Below, piece after piece: positions 62,718-64,000 of a stretch of DNA of 64,000 nucleotides. The DNA is from a virus (lineage: Duplodnaviria > Heunggongvirae > Uroviricota > Caudoviricetes). The notes under the pieces were generated by a model. That model worked only from the letters and a program-made list of their open reading frames with translations. It was not told the DNA's origin and did no database searches. Position 1 is the stretch's first letter. Every line of letters starts with the position of its first letter. A program made the position numbers and the translations under genes. The stretch is taken from the IMG/VR virus record IMGVR_UViG_3300021431_000002, one strand, 5' to 3'.

Positions 62718-63941
62718 TTATCCTATCTGCTTTTGGATATAAACGCATTTCTCTGGATTTCCAAGCGTCTTACCCTTGTCGTTTGACAACTTGATGCAAT
62801 CAAGCCATTTTCTGTTTTCGGTGATTCTCATTCCAACAAGTTTGATGACTATATTGGAATAAGGGAACTTTTCATTTGTTTCACGGTTGGTAACGTCAGC
62901 CATAAGATGCGTTCCTATACCATAAGAATCCTTCATGCGCCCATCAAGCCACTTATGCAAATCAATAGCTTTATCTATTGTAAGGGCATTGGAATATACT
63001 ATTGACTTGGTTCTAGGGTCAATACCAAGAGAGTTATATTTCTCAATCATCTTCTCAGTCTCTTCCCTTTCGTCACCGCTGTCAATTCGGATTCCGTCAA
63101 ACATCTTAGCCATGTCTTTAGAGAAATTGGAAAGAAATATATTACTTCCAAAGCAATCTGGAAGGAAAATGCCAAGGTCTCCTGAATACACATCTGACCA
63201 TTTTTTCATTAGCTGATGATTACACTCAAACACACCACTTACGCACTCTTCGAAAGAGCAAAGTTGATGACTCATAGTTCCAATAGGAGTGAGGTCAAAC
63301 TCTTTTGCAAGCCATACATTAGATGTTCCAACGAATTTACCAGTGCATTTTTCGTTTAAAACGCACAAAGACTCCGCATCTTTAAGTGCTTTAACCACAT
63401 CATAGTGGTTCTGGAAATCAAAACGCCTTCTAGTTCCCATGTCACTCAATAGAAGTCCATTGCTAAATGCTTTAACACCTTTTTCAACAGCCTTTTCATA
63501 TTCATATGTTCTATCTACTTTTTCAATGTCACTATTGATGATATGCATGAGTTCAGATATTGTTGAAAGAATAGGCATTTCCCACATAATTGTAGAATAC
63601 CATTTGCCTTCAATCATGATGGACAGATACCCATCAAGGTCTTGGAAAATATGTACCTCTGAGGGATTAAATCTAAAACCACGTAGAAAGTTGTAATACC
63701 ATTCAGGGAGGAAGTAAATACGATTCTTCATAAATTCTATTTCATCCTCTGTAATCACAACATCTTTCATGCCATTTATCTGTTCTTGCAACAGTTCACT
63801 AAAACCTTTTGGATAACGTGTGTGATTGCGGTCAAAAAATGAATACCGCACCTCTGCACGAGGATATGTGTGAAGAATGTAATACTGGCAAGTAAAAGTA
63901 TACATATCTTGGTCGGTGAATTTAGTTACGATTTGCTTCAT
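62718..63941 (-). CDS. pncB: nicotinate phosphoribosyltransferase
   Basis: TDQDMYTFT, FDR, DMGTRRRF, GTSNV.LA....L.PIGTM.H, GIRIDSGD, GIGT.L, IVIKL and KLSND.GK..G; 407 aa. Confidence 0.92.
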   Translation of the reverse strand: MKQIVTKFTDQDMYTFTCQYYILHTYPRAEVRYSFFDRNHTRYPKGFSELLQEQINGMKDVVITEDEIEFMKNRIYFLPEWYYNFLRGFRFNPSEVHIFQDLDGYLSIMIEGKWYSTIMWEMPILSTISELMHIINSDIEKVDRTYEYEKAVEKGVKAFSNGLLLSDMGTRRRFDFQNHYDVVKALKDAESLCVLNEKCTGKFVGTSNVWLAKEFDLTPIGTMSHQLCSFEECVSGVFECNHQLMKKWSDVYSGDLGIFLPDCFGSNIFLSNFSKDMAKMFDGIRIDSGDEREETEKMIEKYNSLGIDPRTKSIVYSNALTIDKAIDLHKWLDGRMKDSYGIGTHLMADVTNRETNEKFPYSNIVIKLVGMRITENRKWLDCIKLSNDKGKTLGNPEKCVYIQKQIG

Positions 63942-64000
63942 ATATTTTTTCTTTTAAAATTTTTAAATTTGTAATCATATTTTCTTTTTTAATATTGGAG

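Noticed and set aside
330-63696. Numerous plus-strand ORFs antisense to minus-strand genes (e.g. 4944-5435, 19965-20492, 35346-35828, 57098-57496)
   Set aside because: Shadow ORFs with no promoter or leader and biased low-complexity composition
62718-63941. Nicotinamide phosphoribosyltransferase (Nampt, NARP2-type)
   Set aside because: Length and motifs match PncB-type nicotinate PRTase; the Nampt DSYK.SH signature is absent
1-64000. Stop-codon reassignment (TAG=Gln, as in Lak and some crAss-like phages)
   Set aside because: Long genes (pncB, M42, the 590-aa and the late 373-aa protein) are intact under code 11, and no suppressor tRNA was found; the one suggestive TAG read-through (31841) is better explained as a gene remnant
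1-64000. CRISPR array
   Set aside because: No regularly spaced repeats with 30-40-nt spacers; the 21321-22307 repeats are 138-361 bp apart and enclose ORFs

Overview
This is a 64-kb, gene-dense segment of what is almost certainly a large (jumbo-type) lytic phage of a Bacteroidota host, probably Bacteroidales/Prevotella-like. About 42 copies of the Bacteroidota housekeeping promoter (TTTG-N19-21-TAnnTTTG), Bacteroidota-type lipoproteins and Bacteroidota-like PncB/NadD support the host call. No capsid, tail, terminase, polymerase or integrase gene is recognisable, and the standard genetic code fits. Nearly all genes lie on the minus strand. Bases 1-20.6 kb form an early-type accessory array in which almost every small gene has its own terminator/promoter/leader cassette (HNH, lipoproteins, GP88-like, DUF932, 3D-domain protein). 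It also holds a ~700-nt non-coding transcript ending in an aberrant tRNA-Trp-derived structure. Bases 20.6-22.3 kb are a plus-strand islet whose small ORFs are separated by five copies of a 16-bp palindrome. Bases 22.3-44 kb hold paralog arrays and mosaic protein families. Bases 44-64 kb hold host-like metabolic and counter-defence genes: YqeY, M42 peptidase, bacterial-type PARG, NadD, metallophosphoesterase, tRNA-Cys, Hsp20-like, LemA-like/membrane pair, NADAR and PncB. The best candidates for new biology are a deamidated-route NAD+ rebuilding plus ADP-ribose-eraser toolkit, the palindrome-bounded mini-cassette array, the ncRNA plus re-engineered tRNA-Trp, and Shine-Dalgarno use in a normally SD-less host phylum. 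Family assignments come from motif recognition by eye; no database search was run.
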